A program made the translations under genes and the position numbers. Below, piece by piece: positions 27,579-36,989 of a stretch of DNA of 64,000 nt (positions within the stretch are counted from its first letter, which is position 1; each line of letters opens with the position of its first letter). Below the pieces are notes generated by a model. That model was not told the DNA's origin and did no database searches. It was given only the letters and a program-made list of their open reading frames with translations. Origin of the DNA: an uncultured Candidatus Saccharibacteria bacterium (GTDB lineage Bacteria; Patescibacteriota; Minisyncoccia; RBG-13-40-8-A); contig OZ246412.1 in NCBI GenBank assembly GCA_965231075.1, positions 553,787 to 617,786 on the forward strand, read 5' to 3'.

Positions 27579-27989
27579 ATGCAATTTCAAGTACCACAAT
27601 TTATTGACATTGAGGACAAGGTTATTGGTCCCCTAACGATTAAACAATTCCTATATCTTTTAGCGGGCGGTGTTATTGTGTTTATCCTTTACAAAACATT
27701 GAATCTATTTGCGACAATTGTCCTGGGAGTTCCCATAGTGGGTATTGCTATTGCTCTTGCTTTTGCAAAAATTGGCAACCAGCCGTTTATTAATTTCTTA
27801 AAAAATTTCATTGGATTTGTTAAAAGACCGGATTTCTATGTTTGGAAAAAACCGATAGGAAAAAATAAGATTGTTGAACCAAACGAAGATATCGAAATCA
27901 TCCAAAAAGTGCCAGCCAAAACAAAGCTTAATCCAGAAGCTAAAGATAGTTTACAGGACATGGGATGGAAAGTAGAAATCGAAAAATAA
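27579..27989 (+). CDS. Small two-TM protein, VirB3-like candidate
   Basis: 136 aa; two adjacent TM helices (LYLLAGGVIVFILY...ATIVLGVPIVGIAIALAFA); immediately upstream of VirB4-like ORFs. Confidence 0.35.
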   Translation: MQFQVPQFIDIEDKVIGPLTIKQFLYLLAGGVIVFILYKTLNLFATIVLGVPIVGIAIALAFAKIGNQPFINFLKNFIGFVKRPDFYVWKKPIGKNKIVEPNEDIEIIQKVPAKTKLNPEAKDSLQDMGWKVEIEK

Positions 27990-27993
27990 TATT

Positions 27994-28626
27994 ATGCCAC
28001 AAGTCAAATTACCAAAAAACGCACCCGAGGTGCAAAAATTTGTTGAGGTTCAGGAAATCAAAAACGGAATGGCGATAATGAAAGACAACAGCATCAGATC
28101 TGTGTGTGCTTGTTCGTCAATAAATTTTGATTTATTAAGTGCAACTGAACAAGAAGCCGTCATCGCTAGATTCCAAGAGTTTTTAAATTCCGTCGACTTC
28201 CCTCTTCAAATTATTGTCGCCTCTCGTCATTTTAAAGTTGAGGGATACCTTAACCAGATTCGTGAGTTGGAAAAAAAACAGACCAATGAACTGTTAAAAA
28301 TTCAAACCAATGAGTATATAAATTTTGTGGAAAGTTTTGTAGAATTTGAGAATATTATGAATAAATCTTTCTACGTCATTGTTCCGTTTAACATTGTTGA
28401 ATCGCACAACGAAAATCTATCTACAAAGATTAAAAACGTTATCAGTTCTAGTAAGCCCAAAAAAGAAAGATTTGAGACAGAGAAGTTGAATCAATATAAA
28501 GCTCAATTAGACCAGAGAATTAATTTAGTAGCTCAAGGATTACAGGCATTAGGGATTAAAACTATTCCACTCAATGACGAACAGTTAACCCAGCTATATT
28601 TCGAGTTCTACAACATAGAGAAATAA
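27994..28626 (+). CDS. Hypothetical soluble protein, possibly the split N-terminal domain of VirB4
   Basis: 210 aa with no TM; its length added to the 598-aa ATPase ORF gives ~808 aa, the size of canonical VirB4. Confidence 0.4.
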   Translation: MPQVKLPKNAPEVQKFVEVQEIKNGMAIMKDNSIRSVCACSSINFDLLSATEQEAVIARFQEFLNSVDFPLQIIVASRHFKVEGYLNQIRELEKKQTNELLKIQTNEYINFVESFVEFENIMNKSFYVIVPFNIVESHNENLSTKIKNVISSSKPKKERFETEKLNQYKAQLDQRINLVAQGLQALGIKTIPLNDEQLTQLYFEFYNIEK

Positions 28627-28630
28627 ATTC

Positions 28631-30427
28631 ATGTCATTATTTAAGAAATCAAAACCTAAAAACCAAGGAAATGTTTCTGAAATTGAAGAAATTCAGGAAA
28701 TTGAGAACAGCTTAGCAGACACAATTTCACCATCTGCCCTCCAAATTACATCTAATTATATCCAGATTGGCGAGAAATTTGCCCAAACATTTTTTATTAT
28801 CACTTATCCCCGATTTCTCACCGTAAATTGGTTATCGCCAATCATCAATTTAGATAGAATATTTAATTTGGCGATGTTTGTGCACCCGACCGATACCGGA
28901 ATAATTTTAAAAAAACTTCGACGCAAAATTACGCAAATTGAATCTCAAATCAATTCTGAACAAGAAGCAGGAAAAATCAGGAACCCTATATTAGAAACTG
29001 CCCGAGGCGATGTCGAAGAAATGAGAGATCGACTGATTCAAGGCACAGAAAAGTTTTTTAAATATTCCCTCTATATCACTATTTTTGAAGACTCTGTGGA
29101 TAAACTTAAAGAAGCCGAGGAACAGATCATGGGACTGTTTGAGGCAAAAATGATTTATGCCCGACCGGCGCTGTTTCAACAACAGATTGGTCTAAATTCA
29201 ACGTTACCATTTGGCAAAGATCATTTGTTTATCACAAATTCTATGAATACTGCACCTCTTTCTACGGTATTTCCATTTGTATCGTCAAATCTATCGTCCA
29301 ACAAAGGTATTCTTTATGGCATTAATCGCCATAACAATAGTCTGATCATTTTTGATAGGTTCTCCATGGAAAACGGCAACATGGTTATTTTTGGCAAGTC
29401 CGGAGGAGGAAAATCTTATGCTGTGAAAGTGGAGATATTGAGGTCGTTAATGTTCGGAACAGACGTAATTGTTGTAGACCCAGAGAATGAATACCAGCAT
29501 TTGGCCGAAACCGTCGATGGTGCATATTTTAAAATATCATTAACTTCTGATAGCCACATTAATCCCTTTGATTTGTCTTTGCCCGATGAAGATGAAACCA
29601 CCGAAGATGTCTTGCGGTCAAAAATAATGGATTTAATTGGTCTCTTAAGGGTGGCTCTGGGGGAACTGACCCCAGAAGAAAATTCTATTTTAGACAGAGC
29701 ATTAACTGAAACCTACGCATCAAAAGATATTACGTTTCAATCTGATCTTAAGAACGTTACCCCGCCAGTTATGCAGGACCTGGAAACAGTTTTAAATAAC
29801 ATGAAAGGGGGTGATAGGATCGCTAAACGACTTGAGAGATACACTAAGGGCAGTTTTTCTGGATTTTTAAATCAACCCACAAATATTGATGTTAATAAGA
29901 ATCTCATTGTGTTTAGCACGCGCGATATGGAAGACGAATTAAAACCAGTGGCAATGTATCTGATCTTACAATATATTTGGAATCTAATTCGTTCTCAAAT
30001 GAAAAAACGCATTATGATCGTCGACGAGGCGTGGTGGATGTTGAAAAGCGAAGCTGGCGGGTCATTTCTTCATGGCATTGCTAAAAGATGTAGAAAATAC
30101 TGGCTAGGACTAACCACGATCACTCAAGATATTCCTGATTTCATGAATTCCCCTTATGGTAAACCGATTGTCTCTAACTCTTCAATCCAAATACTTTTTA
30201 AACAATCCCCCGCGACAATTGATGTCGTACAACAAACATTTAATCTAACTGATGAAGAAAAATACCTTCTTTTACAAGCCGGTGTCGGCGAGGGAATTTT
30301 CTTTGCCGGATTAAAACATGCTGCTATAAAAGTAGTCGCATCCTACACCGAAGATCAAATCGTAACAACTAATCCAGAACAGATTTCTAAAATTAATCAA
30401 GCGAAAGAAGAATTAAAAACAATATGA
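28631..30427 (+). CDS. virB4: VirB4/TrbE/CagE-family type IV secretion ATPase
   Basis: Walker A FGKSGGGKS, Walker B IMIVDEAWWM, downstream LTTITQD motif; no TM segments. Confidence 0.8.
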   Translation: MSLFKKSKPKNQGNVSEIEEIQEIENSLADTISPSALQITSNYIQIGEKFAQTFFIITYPRFLTVNWLSPIINLDRIFNLAMFVHPTDTGIILKKLRRKITQIESQINSEQEAGKIRNPILETARGDVEEMRDRLIQGTEKFFKYSLYITIFEDSVDKLKEAEEQIMGLFEAKMIYARPALFQQQIGLNSTLPFGKDHLFITNSMNTAPLSTVFPFVSSNLSSNKGILYGINRHNNSLIIFDRFSMENGNMVIFGKSGGGKSYAVKVEILRSLMFGTDVIVVDPENEYQHLAETVDGAYFKISLTSDSHINPFDLSLPDEDETTEDVLRSKIMDLIGLLRVALGELTPEENSILDRALTETYASKDITFQSDLKNVTPPVMQDLETVLNNMKGGDRIAKRLERYTKGSFSGFLNQPTNIDVNKNLIVFSTRDMEDELKPVAMYLILQYIWNLIRSQMKKRIMIVDEAWWMLKSEAGGSFLHGIAKRCRKYWLGLTTITQDIPDFMNSPYGKPIVSNSSIQILFKQSPATIDVVQQTFNLTDEEKYLLLQAGVGEGIFFAGLKHAAIKVVASYTEDQIVTTNPEQISKINQAKEELKTI

Positions 30428-30864
30428 TGGTTGAATCAACTCTGCAGGAACAAGTGCAAACACAAGAATTAAATCAGAGTCGATCTGATTCGCGCTTGCA
30501 TGGAAAAAACCAAACGACTACAACGCAGTCTTCAACCTCGACATTAGAATTTGTGGCGCTTCTACCATTAGCAATATTTGCCGACTTGATCGGCGGACTG
30601 GATTTGACTGTATTTGGTTCAGTTATTGTCAGAATAATCAACATCCCTATAGTGCTTGTCTTGTGGTTGTGGAGAGTGTTTAAACATGGTCCCGGGCTAC
30701 AAAAAAATGATTATACCTACCAATTATTCGCAACCTTTTTAATCGAAATGTCCCCCTTTGGAATCGTCCCGACATGGACTACGTTTGTGATTTATGCTTA
30801 TTTAAAAGACAAAAACATAGCCAAGAATACCTTGGGTCGAAAATTAAACAAAACAAATAATTAA
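30424..30864 (+). CDS. Small membrane protein (3 TM), hypothetical T4SS-operon component
   Basis: Q/T-rich N-terminus followed by three hydrophobic helices; translationally coupled to virB4 by an overlap. Confidence 0.4.
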   Translation: MMVESTLQEQVQTQELNQSRSDSRLHGKNQTTTTQSSTSTLEFVALLPLAIFADLIGGLDLTVFGSVIVRIINIPIVLVLWLWRVFKHGPGLQKNDYTYQLFATFLIEMSPFGIVPTWTTFVIYAYLKDKNIAKNTLGRKLNKTNN

Positions 30865-30868
30865 TATT

Positions 30869-31603
30869 ATGAAAAAACAAATCTGTCTTATTATAATTTC
30901 GTTGTCAGTGTTTTTACCGATAATTGGTTGCGCGTCAGAAGAGTATATTCCGTTAATACAAAACTTATTGCCATCAACAACATCGGCTGGCACTCAAGAC
31001 CAGCCCTCGATTAAGTTAAATATGCTTGAACTTGCCTGGAGCGCTGAGACATATGCTCCACTAGACTATCAAGGGAGGACGTTGCCAATTAAAGGGTCAA
31101 TGGTTGATGTGGACGCGATAATATCTATCACAGGAGAAAATACAGGCAATCTAAAATTCAGTTGGTTTTTAGATAATACGTTTCAAGAATCTAAATCTGG
31201 ATACGGCAAAACCTCGTTTAGATTTGGGGTTAGGAAATTCAACGGCGACTTTCATAATGTTTTAGTAAAGATTTTCAATGAAGATAGATCATTCTATATT
31301 GAAAAATCGATAGAGATACCGATAGCCCGATCAGAGGTTGTTTTAAAACAATCCAATATGAATCAACTCTCCATTCTTGCGAAGCCGTATTTTTTCAGTA
31401 TAGATAAATTGACCGACCTAGAATTCCAGTGGACACTAGAGGGGCAAGAGCCTATCATTTCATCTAATTATAATGCTGATATACTAGATATAAATATTAA
31501 AAACAAAAATCTTCCGGCGTCTGAATATCAATTAGGACTTGTTGTTAAAAATCTGAGAAACACAATACAAAGCGCAAATAGTTCGATTAAAATTAACTTA
31601 TAA
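30869..31603 (+). CDS. Lipoprotein, hypothetical
   Basis: Signal peptide with lipobox LPIIGC-AS. Confidence 0.5.
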   Translation: MKKQICLIIISLSVFLPIIGCASEEYIPLIQNLLPSTTSAGTQDQPSIKLNMLELAWSAETYAPLDYQGRTLPIKGSMVDVDAIISITGENTGNLKFSWFLDNTFQESKSGYGKTSFRFGVRKFNGDFHNVLVKIFNEDRSFYIEKSIEIPIARSEVVLKQSNMNQLSILAKPYFFSIDKLTDLEFQWTLEGQEPIISSNYNADILDINIKNKNLPASEYQLGLVVKNLRNTIQSANSSIKINL

Positions 31604-31608
31604 TAAAA

Positions 31609-31971
31609 ATGAAAAAATCCATATTCTTTATAGTCACAATCTTTGTGCTTTTAATAATAGCTCAGAATTGTCTAGCGCTAGAATTGTTGTTAGACTATCC
31701 GACTATAAGCGGAAAAGATTTGGGCGACACTAGTAGTATTCCAGATTTGATAAGCTATATTTATAAATTCGCTCTAGGCGCTTGTGGTATAACTGCCTTG
31801 GTGTCTATTATAATTGGAGCTGCACAATATGCTTTCTCTGCTGGCGACTCTTCTAAGGCAGGAGATGCTAAAGACAGAATAACTTCGGCATTGTTAGGAG
31901 TTTTAATTTTATTGTTTTCGTATCTGATTCTAAACACAATTAATCCAGACCTAGTAAGTTTGAAATTTTAA
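31609..31971 (+). CDS. VirB2/TrbC-like pilin candidate
   Basis: 120 aa; cleavable signal peptide followed by two hydrophobic helices separated by a short polar loop (GACGITALVSIIIGAAQYAFSAGD...ALLGVLILLFSYLIL), the classic T4SS pilin architecture. Confidence 0.4.
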   Translation: MKKSIFFIVTIFVLLIIAQNCLALELLLDYPTISGKDLGDTSSIPDLISYIYKFALGACGITALVSIIIGAAQYAFSAGDSSKAGDAKDRITSALLGVLILLFSYLILNTINPDLVSLKF

Positions 31972-31989
31972 TAAATATTATAAAATCAT

Positions 31990-33165
31990 ATGAACACAAA
32001 ACTTAAAAAGGTATTAATCATCATCGTGATAATCTTGATTGTCGCATTAGCAGGACTTCTGGTCTACAATTTTGTTATTAGAAAGAACATTGAAGACGAA
32101 AACAATAATGGCAATCTCCCCGGAGAACAACCAAACATCGACAATCAGGATCAAAATCAAGACCAGGGTGACACCGAACAACTAATATCAGAACGAAAGA
32201 TTATTGCAATTAGCACTGATCCCGTATTATCTCCAACAATCACCAACAATAAAACAAGTGTGATTTATTATTCGAAAACAAATGGCAATATTATTCAATC
32301 CGATTTCGATGGATTAAATAAAATTACGATATCTGATACAAATCTCGATAATCTCCTACAGGTATTTTGGGCGCAGAGCAAAGACAAAACCATAACCGTG
32401 TTTCAGGACAATATTGGTAACACTAGCAAATATTATTATAATATTCCTACTAAAAAATCGTTTCCTCTAAATAAGTTTATAAATTATATCTCTTGGTCTT
32501 CAGACGGCTCTAAAATCGTTTATCAATATCAAAACGATGATACGGGCGAAAACACAATCAGTGTATCGAATCCTGACGGATCAAGATATTCTGTAATTCT
32601 TAATACTCGAATGAAAAATCTAATCATCAATTGGCCCAAAGGATCAACTATTTACCTACAAGAAAGACCGTCAGGATTGGCGCAGAGTAGCTTATACTCA
32701 TTAAACTATCTATCTAAAGCATTTAATAAGGTAGTATCGAATCTTTATGGATTTAGTCTGAAATGGTCATCTGGTGGCAATAAAATACTTTATTCTAAAA
32801 CAAATTCCGAAGGAGAAAATATCGGCTTATACATTGCAAACAGTAATGGGTCTAGTGAAAAAGCATTGGATGTTCAAACATTAATCGAAAAGTGTGCATG
32901 GTCCCAAGACACAAGATACATCTTCTGCGCAATACCAAATAATATTTCTGATGCAAAAATACTGCCTGATGATTTTTATAAGGGGGTATTCGTCAGCGAT
33001 GATGAATTCTATAAAATCAACATTGAAACTGGTGAAAAAACCAATCTGTTTGATAAAAGCTTAGAAGAATCATTTGACGCAGACGAGTTGTTCCTTTCGC
33101 CGAATGAAGATTATTTATTCTTTGTAAATAAAAATAACGGACTATTATACCGTATAAAAATTTAA
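31990..33165 (+). CDS. Membrane-anchored TolB-like beta-propeller (PD40/WD40-like repeats) protein
   Basis: N-terminal TM anchor; repeated SxDGSKIVY / WSSGGNKILYSK motifs. Confidence 0.55.
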   Translation: MNTKLKKVLIIIVIILIVALAGLLVYNFVIRKNIEDENNNGNLPGEQPNIDNQDQNQDQGDTEQLISERKIIAISTDPVLSPTITNNKTSVIYYSKTNGNIIQSDFDGLNKITISDTNLDNLLQVFWAQSKDKTITVFQDNIGNTSKYYYNIPTKKSFPLNKFINYISWSSDGSKIVYQYQNDDTGENTISVSNPDGSRYSVILNTRMKNLIINWPKGSTIYLQERPSGLAQSSLYSLNYLSKAFNKVVSNLYGFSLKWSSGGNKILYSKTNSEGENIGLYIANSNGSSEKALDVQTLIEKCAWSQDTRYIFCAIPNNISDAKILPDDFYKGVFVSDDEFYKINIETGEKTNLFDKSLEESFDADELFLSPNEDYLFFVNKNNGLLYRIKI

Positions 33166-33180
33166 CAAATTATATTCTAA

Positions 33181-33214
33181 AAGAGCTCTCAATTTTATCG
33201 GAGCTCTTTTTTGT
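33181..33214 (+). terminator. Rho-independent terminator ending the 21423-33165 operon
   Basis: aagagctc-tcaattttatcg-gagctctt followed by tttt. Confidence 0.7.
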
Positions 33215-34412
33215 TTATTAATGTTAATCCGATAATCACCCAAAATATTATAGATAGATCGTTTTTCCAATAAGTCGTATCAACTAGGCCATGAGCAAGA
33301 ATATAAATCATCAGTATTGTAATTATCAAGTTCCCGTTTTCAATTTTCAATCCTCTAATGAAGAACCACGCCAATACAAGAATAAACCCGACAAAACCGA
33401 TTAATCCAGTCTGAATTAAAAATGCTAGAAATATATTATGTGGCTGTGGCACGCCCCACTTGGGATAGGGCGGAAAATAATCCTCAAATGTTCCTGGTCC
33501 AATTCCAGTCAAAGGATGTTGCAAAAAAACATCAATCGCCTGTCCCCATATCACGAATCTCGCGTCAAAAGATTTCAGCCCATCCAACGATCTTATCTTT
33601 ATTAGTCCAATGACCATAATTATAGCGAAAATAACACAAATAACACTCAATAACAATTTCTTCTTGTTTCGTTGATATAGATAAATCGCTAACCAGAATC
33701 CACCAGCCACCAAAACACCCAATAGGACACCGAAAGATTTAGTAAAAAACAATACAACAAGAAACAAGACACAAGATACAAGATACAAAAATAAGCGGAT
33801 ATTTGTTCGCAACAAAGTCCGCATCGGAAGCCGACCGCAGTCGGCTGAGATAGAGTGCGATTTCGCATTGCGAAATCGACACGTGTCTTTGTGTGAACAA
33901 ATATCCGCTATTAATAAAATCAGCGGCACAGCCAGATACATTGCTAAGTAATTTGGCGAATCAAATATCCCCTGCAATCTCCCCTGATAATTAAATGTCC
34001 TCGAGAACAAATAAACTAGCGAAATAACTGCCACTACAACTCCCGAATAGATCATTGTTTTGAATACGTTCTGAACATCGTCTTTTTTAATCGCTGACAC
34101 GAAAACAGCAAAAAACATTAACGGATCAATGAACCACGCCTTCCAAATTCCTGCACTCAATCTCACGTTCCAAGAAAACAAGACTGCAATGCTTACTCCA
34201 GAAATCAACAATAAAACTCCCCAAACCAATAATCTTTCGTGTTTTATTGTTTTCCAAAACTTTTTATATCCTCCGCCCACCAACCACCAAATAAAGAGTG
34301 CATAAATTAATAATTCCAACGCCGTTGTTGGAATTTTGAATATATTAAATCTAACCAAGTATAGTGGTAAGCAGAAAATAATTAAATATACTCCCCGCCT
34401 TAAATTATTCAT
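33195..34412 (-). CDS. O-antigen ligase/Wzy-like polytopic membrane protein carrying an in-frame 114-bp repeat-element insertion
   Basis: About 10 TM helices; Wzy_C-like motif HNIFLAFLIQTGLIGFVG; the insertion is translated as the Cys/Arg-rich loop CSHKDTCRFRNAKSHSISADCGRLPMRTLLRTNIR. Confidence 0.55.
   Translation of the reverse strand: MNNLRRGVYLIIFCLPLYLVRFNIFKIPTTALELLIYALFIWWLVGGGYKKFWKTIKHERLLVWGVLLLISGVSIAVLFSWNVRLSAGIWKAWFIDPLMFFAVFVSAIKKDDVQNVFKTMIYSGVVVAVISLVYLFSRTFNYQGRLQGIFDSPNYLAMYLAVPLILLIADICSHKDTCRFRNAKSHSISADCGRLPMRTLLRTNIRLFLYLVSCVLFLVVLFFTKSFGVLLGVLVAGGFWLAIYLYQRNKKKLLLSVICVIFAIIMVIGLIKIRSLDGLKSFDARFVIWGQAIDVFLQHPLTGIGPGTFEDYFPPYPKWGVPQPHNIFLAFLIQTGLIGFVGFILVLAWFFIRGLKIENGNLIITILMIYILAHGLVDTTYWKNDLSIIFWVIIGLTLINKKELR
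33795..33908 (-). mobile_element. MITE-like palindromic repeat element (copy C), 114 bp, inside the Wzy-like CDS
   Basis: 22-bp terminal inverted repeats gcggatatttgttcgcaacaaag / ctttgtgtgaacaaatatccgc flank a core shared with copy B (57053-57128): ACACGTGT palindrome, an 8-bp-stem hairpin, then CTCAGCCGACTGCGGTCGGCTTCCGA. Confidence 0.65.
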
Positions 34413-34414
34413 AT

Positions 34415-35851
34415 CTATATTTCTTTCTTTGTTATAAGCTGAATTTCTTCTTTTTTAATTCCCTTAATTAAATAAAGCGTGCCGAGATAAACAATTAGTC
34501 CGCCTACAGCTAACAAAATCACATTGAATTGATTAAACACAAAAATAAATCCCGCCATAATTCCACCAGCAATTAATGGCTTCCAAATATTTAATTTTGG
34601 AAAATATTTAATTGTTTTATAGATCAACGCAAGCATCAATCCCGTGACCAATAATTCTGTTATTGTTGTAGTCCAGGCTGCCCCAAGATATCGATATCTA
34701 GGAATGAAAATTAGGTTGGTTACGATATTAAAAATCATTCCTGTGAAATATATCCATGCCCCCATTTTTTGTTTGTTTAGGGCTATGATACTGTTTCCAA
34801 AGAGATTGCCCAAAAATATAAACCCGATAGCAATTGCCAGAACATTTAATGGTCCGGCCGAAGCAGAAAAGTCTTTGCCGCCAATCAAAACCACTATTTG
34901 CGTAGAAAGCATCAAAATTCCAATAATTAACGGAACAATGAAGACGAATAGAATATCTAATGTCTTTTGAAAAATCTTTTTGAACCTTTCTTTATCGTTG
35001 AAAGCACTAGCAGACAATAGAGGCATAATCAAGCCCACAAACATTGCCGGAAAGAAGATTAATCCCTCTAGAATCTTGTAAGCAATTCCGTAGATTCCTA
35101 CATCCGACATTGGATTTAAAGAGTTATTATTGATTGCCGGAATCGAAAGAAAAATGCTGTCAATTTTAAAATAAATTAATGTCAAAACTATCGAAGCAGC
35201 AATGGGAATTGTTGCCTTAATCAATTTTTTCCAGTAGACGAAATCGAATTCTAGAGAAAATTTAACATAGTGTCTGGCAAAGACAAACAAAAATAAGAAA
35301 TTAATTAAACAACCAATAATTAAAGAGAAAATTACTCCGTAAAAACCAAATCCCAATTTCATCACAACGATAACCAATGCAAACTGAGCGATTCTACCGA
35401 CAATATCTGCTATTGCCGACTTATCTGTTCTCAAATATTTTTGAAAAATCCCCATCAGAACCTGCCCCATAGACAAAAACAAGAACGAAATTGCTGCAAA
35501 CATTGTTCCGTTCTTTACCTGATCTGAATAAGGAAAAACCCATACGATTAATGAAGCAATTATTAGAAAGACCAAGAGTGCGACGATTCTAATCGTAAAG
35601 ATATTGCTCACAACCTTCTTTTCGTCTACCTCTGATTGAGAAATTTCCCTTACCATTAAAGAGTAAAGGCCTAGGTCGGCCAAACTATCAAATGTATACA
35701 AAAATGCCAATATTAGACTGTAACTACCAAATCCGTCCTTGCCCAGATATCTAGCGATAATGCCAATCGTAACCAGAGAAAGGGCAACGCCTAAAAGGCG
35801 CGCCCCGGTTGAAATGATTGTATTGTAGGCTATTTTCCTAACAATTGTCAT
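34415..35851 (-). CDS. Polysaccharide biosynthesis protein/oligosaccharide flippase (Wzx/MOP superfamily)
   Basis: 478 aa with ~12-14 TM helices; N-terminus (TGARLLGVALSLVTIGIIARYLGKDGFGSYSL) typical of Wzx-type flippases; adjacent to the Wzy-like gene. Confidence 0.7.
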   Translation of the reverse strand: MTIVRKIAYNTIISTGARLLGVALSLVTIGIIARYLGKDGFGSYSLILAFLYTFDSLADLGLYSLMVREISQSEVDEKKVVSNIFTIRIVALLVFLIIASLIVWVFPYSDQVKNGTMFAAISFLFLSMGQVLMGIFQKYLRTDKSAIADIVGRIAQFALVIVVMKLGFGFYGVIFSLIIGCLINFLFLFVFARHYVKFSLEFDFVYWKKLIKATIPIAASIVLTLIYFKIDSIFLSIPAINNNSLNPMSDVGIYGIAYKILEGLIFFPAMFVGLIMPLLSASAFNDKERFKKIFQKTLDILFVFIVPLIIGILMLSTQIVVLIGGKDFSASAGPLNVLAIAIGFIFLGNLFGNSIIALNKQKMGAWIYFTGMIFNIVTNLIFIPRYRYLGAAWTTTITELLVTGLMLALIYKTIKYFPKLNIWKPLIAGGIMAGFIFVFNQFNVILLAVGGLIVYLGTLYLIKGIKKEEIQLITKKEI

Positions 35852-35856
35852 ACAAG

Positions 35857-36318
35857 TTAAGGATAGATCCTGACTACCAACTTTCTTTCTGGTTCTTCTC
35901 CGATGCTTTCAGTCACAATATCTGGCTGTTCTGCCAACTTTAAATGAATAATTCTTCTTTCGTAGGCAGACATCGGCTCTAGAGTTATCGACTCTTTAGT
36001 TCTTCTTACTTTCTTCGCTGTTTCAATTGCGATCTCGCTTAATTCGTTTTTCCTTTTCTCTTTGCATCCGTTAACGTCTAAAACTAAAAACGCGTCTGTT
36101 TTTTCTCTGGAAAATAACAATCTCGCCAAGTGTTGTAATGCATTTAATCCTTCGGCATTGTCTCTGGTCAATACGTCTGCATCGTATGCACTCATTTCGA
36201 TATTAACCTCCATTACTTCTTTGTTTTTAGATAAGTTGTCTTTTTTGACACTAATTTCTTTTACCTTGATGCCTATTTTCTCGAGTATCTCCTCAATTAT
36301 TTTTTTGATCTTTTCCAT
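35857..36318 (-). CDS. jag: Jag/KhpB RNA-binding protein (KH + R3H domains)
   Basis: C-terminal R3H motif (ERRIIHLKLAEQPDIVTESIGEEPERKLVV); located downstream of yidC as in the conserved cluster. Confidence 0.75.
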   Translation of the reverse strand: MEKIKKIIEEILEKIGIKVKEISVKKDNLSKNKEVMEVNIEMSAYDADVLTRDNAEGLNALQHLARLLFSREKTDAFLVLDVNGCKEKRKNELSEIAIETAKKVRRTKESITLEPMSAYERRIIHLKLAEQPDIVTESIGEEPERKLVVRIYP

Positions 36319-36988
36319 ATTTTTTATATAAATAATAATCTTGTGCCAATCCCAATAAAGTGCTTATTGTCCAATAAAAGGTTAACCCTGCCGGGAGACC
36401 AATGCCGATCACTACTGTAATTATCGGCATAAAATAAGTCATTTGACTGGTCATTTTCTTTTGTGTTTCTGCCGCCTTGTCTGACACTCCTGGTTGAGGC
36501 ATTGTGACCGTGCGTTTCATGGTTAATTTCGAGGCGAAAAACTGTGATATCCCAGCCAAAATCGCTAAAATTACGTTCTTTTCAGATAAATTAATAACTC
36601 CTAAAAACATCGGACTAATAGAACTTCCCTCAACCAGAACATTCATTAGTGCTCGGTAAAGAGCGAAAATTATTGGTAATTGAATTATTAATGGCAAGCA
36701 ACCAGAGAATGGATTTATCTTATTTTCTTTATAGAATTTCATCAATTCTCGACTCTGCTCCTCTTTGGTTTTGAATTTATTTTGGATTTCTTTTATCGCG
36801 CCCTTGTGCCGAGCTAGTTTTGATTGTGATTTAATTGACTTCGCCGCCAAAGGAAACAAAACAACCCTAACTAATAGGGTTATAATAATTATCGCAACAC
36901 CTAAATCGTGTCCGGGAACGTTGTTATACAAAAAAACCAAAAACTTAAAGATTGGTTCGTAAAAAATTTGATTAAATATATTTCCCAT
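36293..36988 (-). CDS. yidC: YidC/Oxa1-family membrane protein insertase (short form)
   Basis: LVRVVLFPLAAKSIKSQSKLARHKGAIKEIQNKFK...CLPLIIQLPIIFALY is the conserved YidC core. Confidence 0.85.
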   Translation of the reverse strand: MGNIFNQIFYEPIFKFLVFLYNNVPGHDLGVAIIIITLLVRVVLFPLAAKSIKSQSKLARHKGAIKEIQNKFKTKEEQSRELMKFYKENKINPFSGCLPLIIQLPIIFALYRALMNVLVEGSSISPMFLGVINLSEKNVILAILAGISQFFASKLTMKRTVTMPQPGVSDKAAETQKKMTSQMTYFMPIITVVIGIGLPAGLTFYWTISTLLGLAQDYYLYKKYGKDQKNN

Positions 36989-36989
36989 A

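Noticed and set aside
33765-33790. A 17-nt string (cttgtatcttgtgtctt) shared between the Wzy-like gene (33765-33790, reverse strand) and truB (56727-56748)
   Set aside because: The expected number of chance 17-mer matches in an AT-biased 64-kb window is not negligible, and there is no flanking similarity; treated as coincidence.
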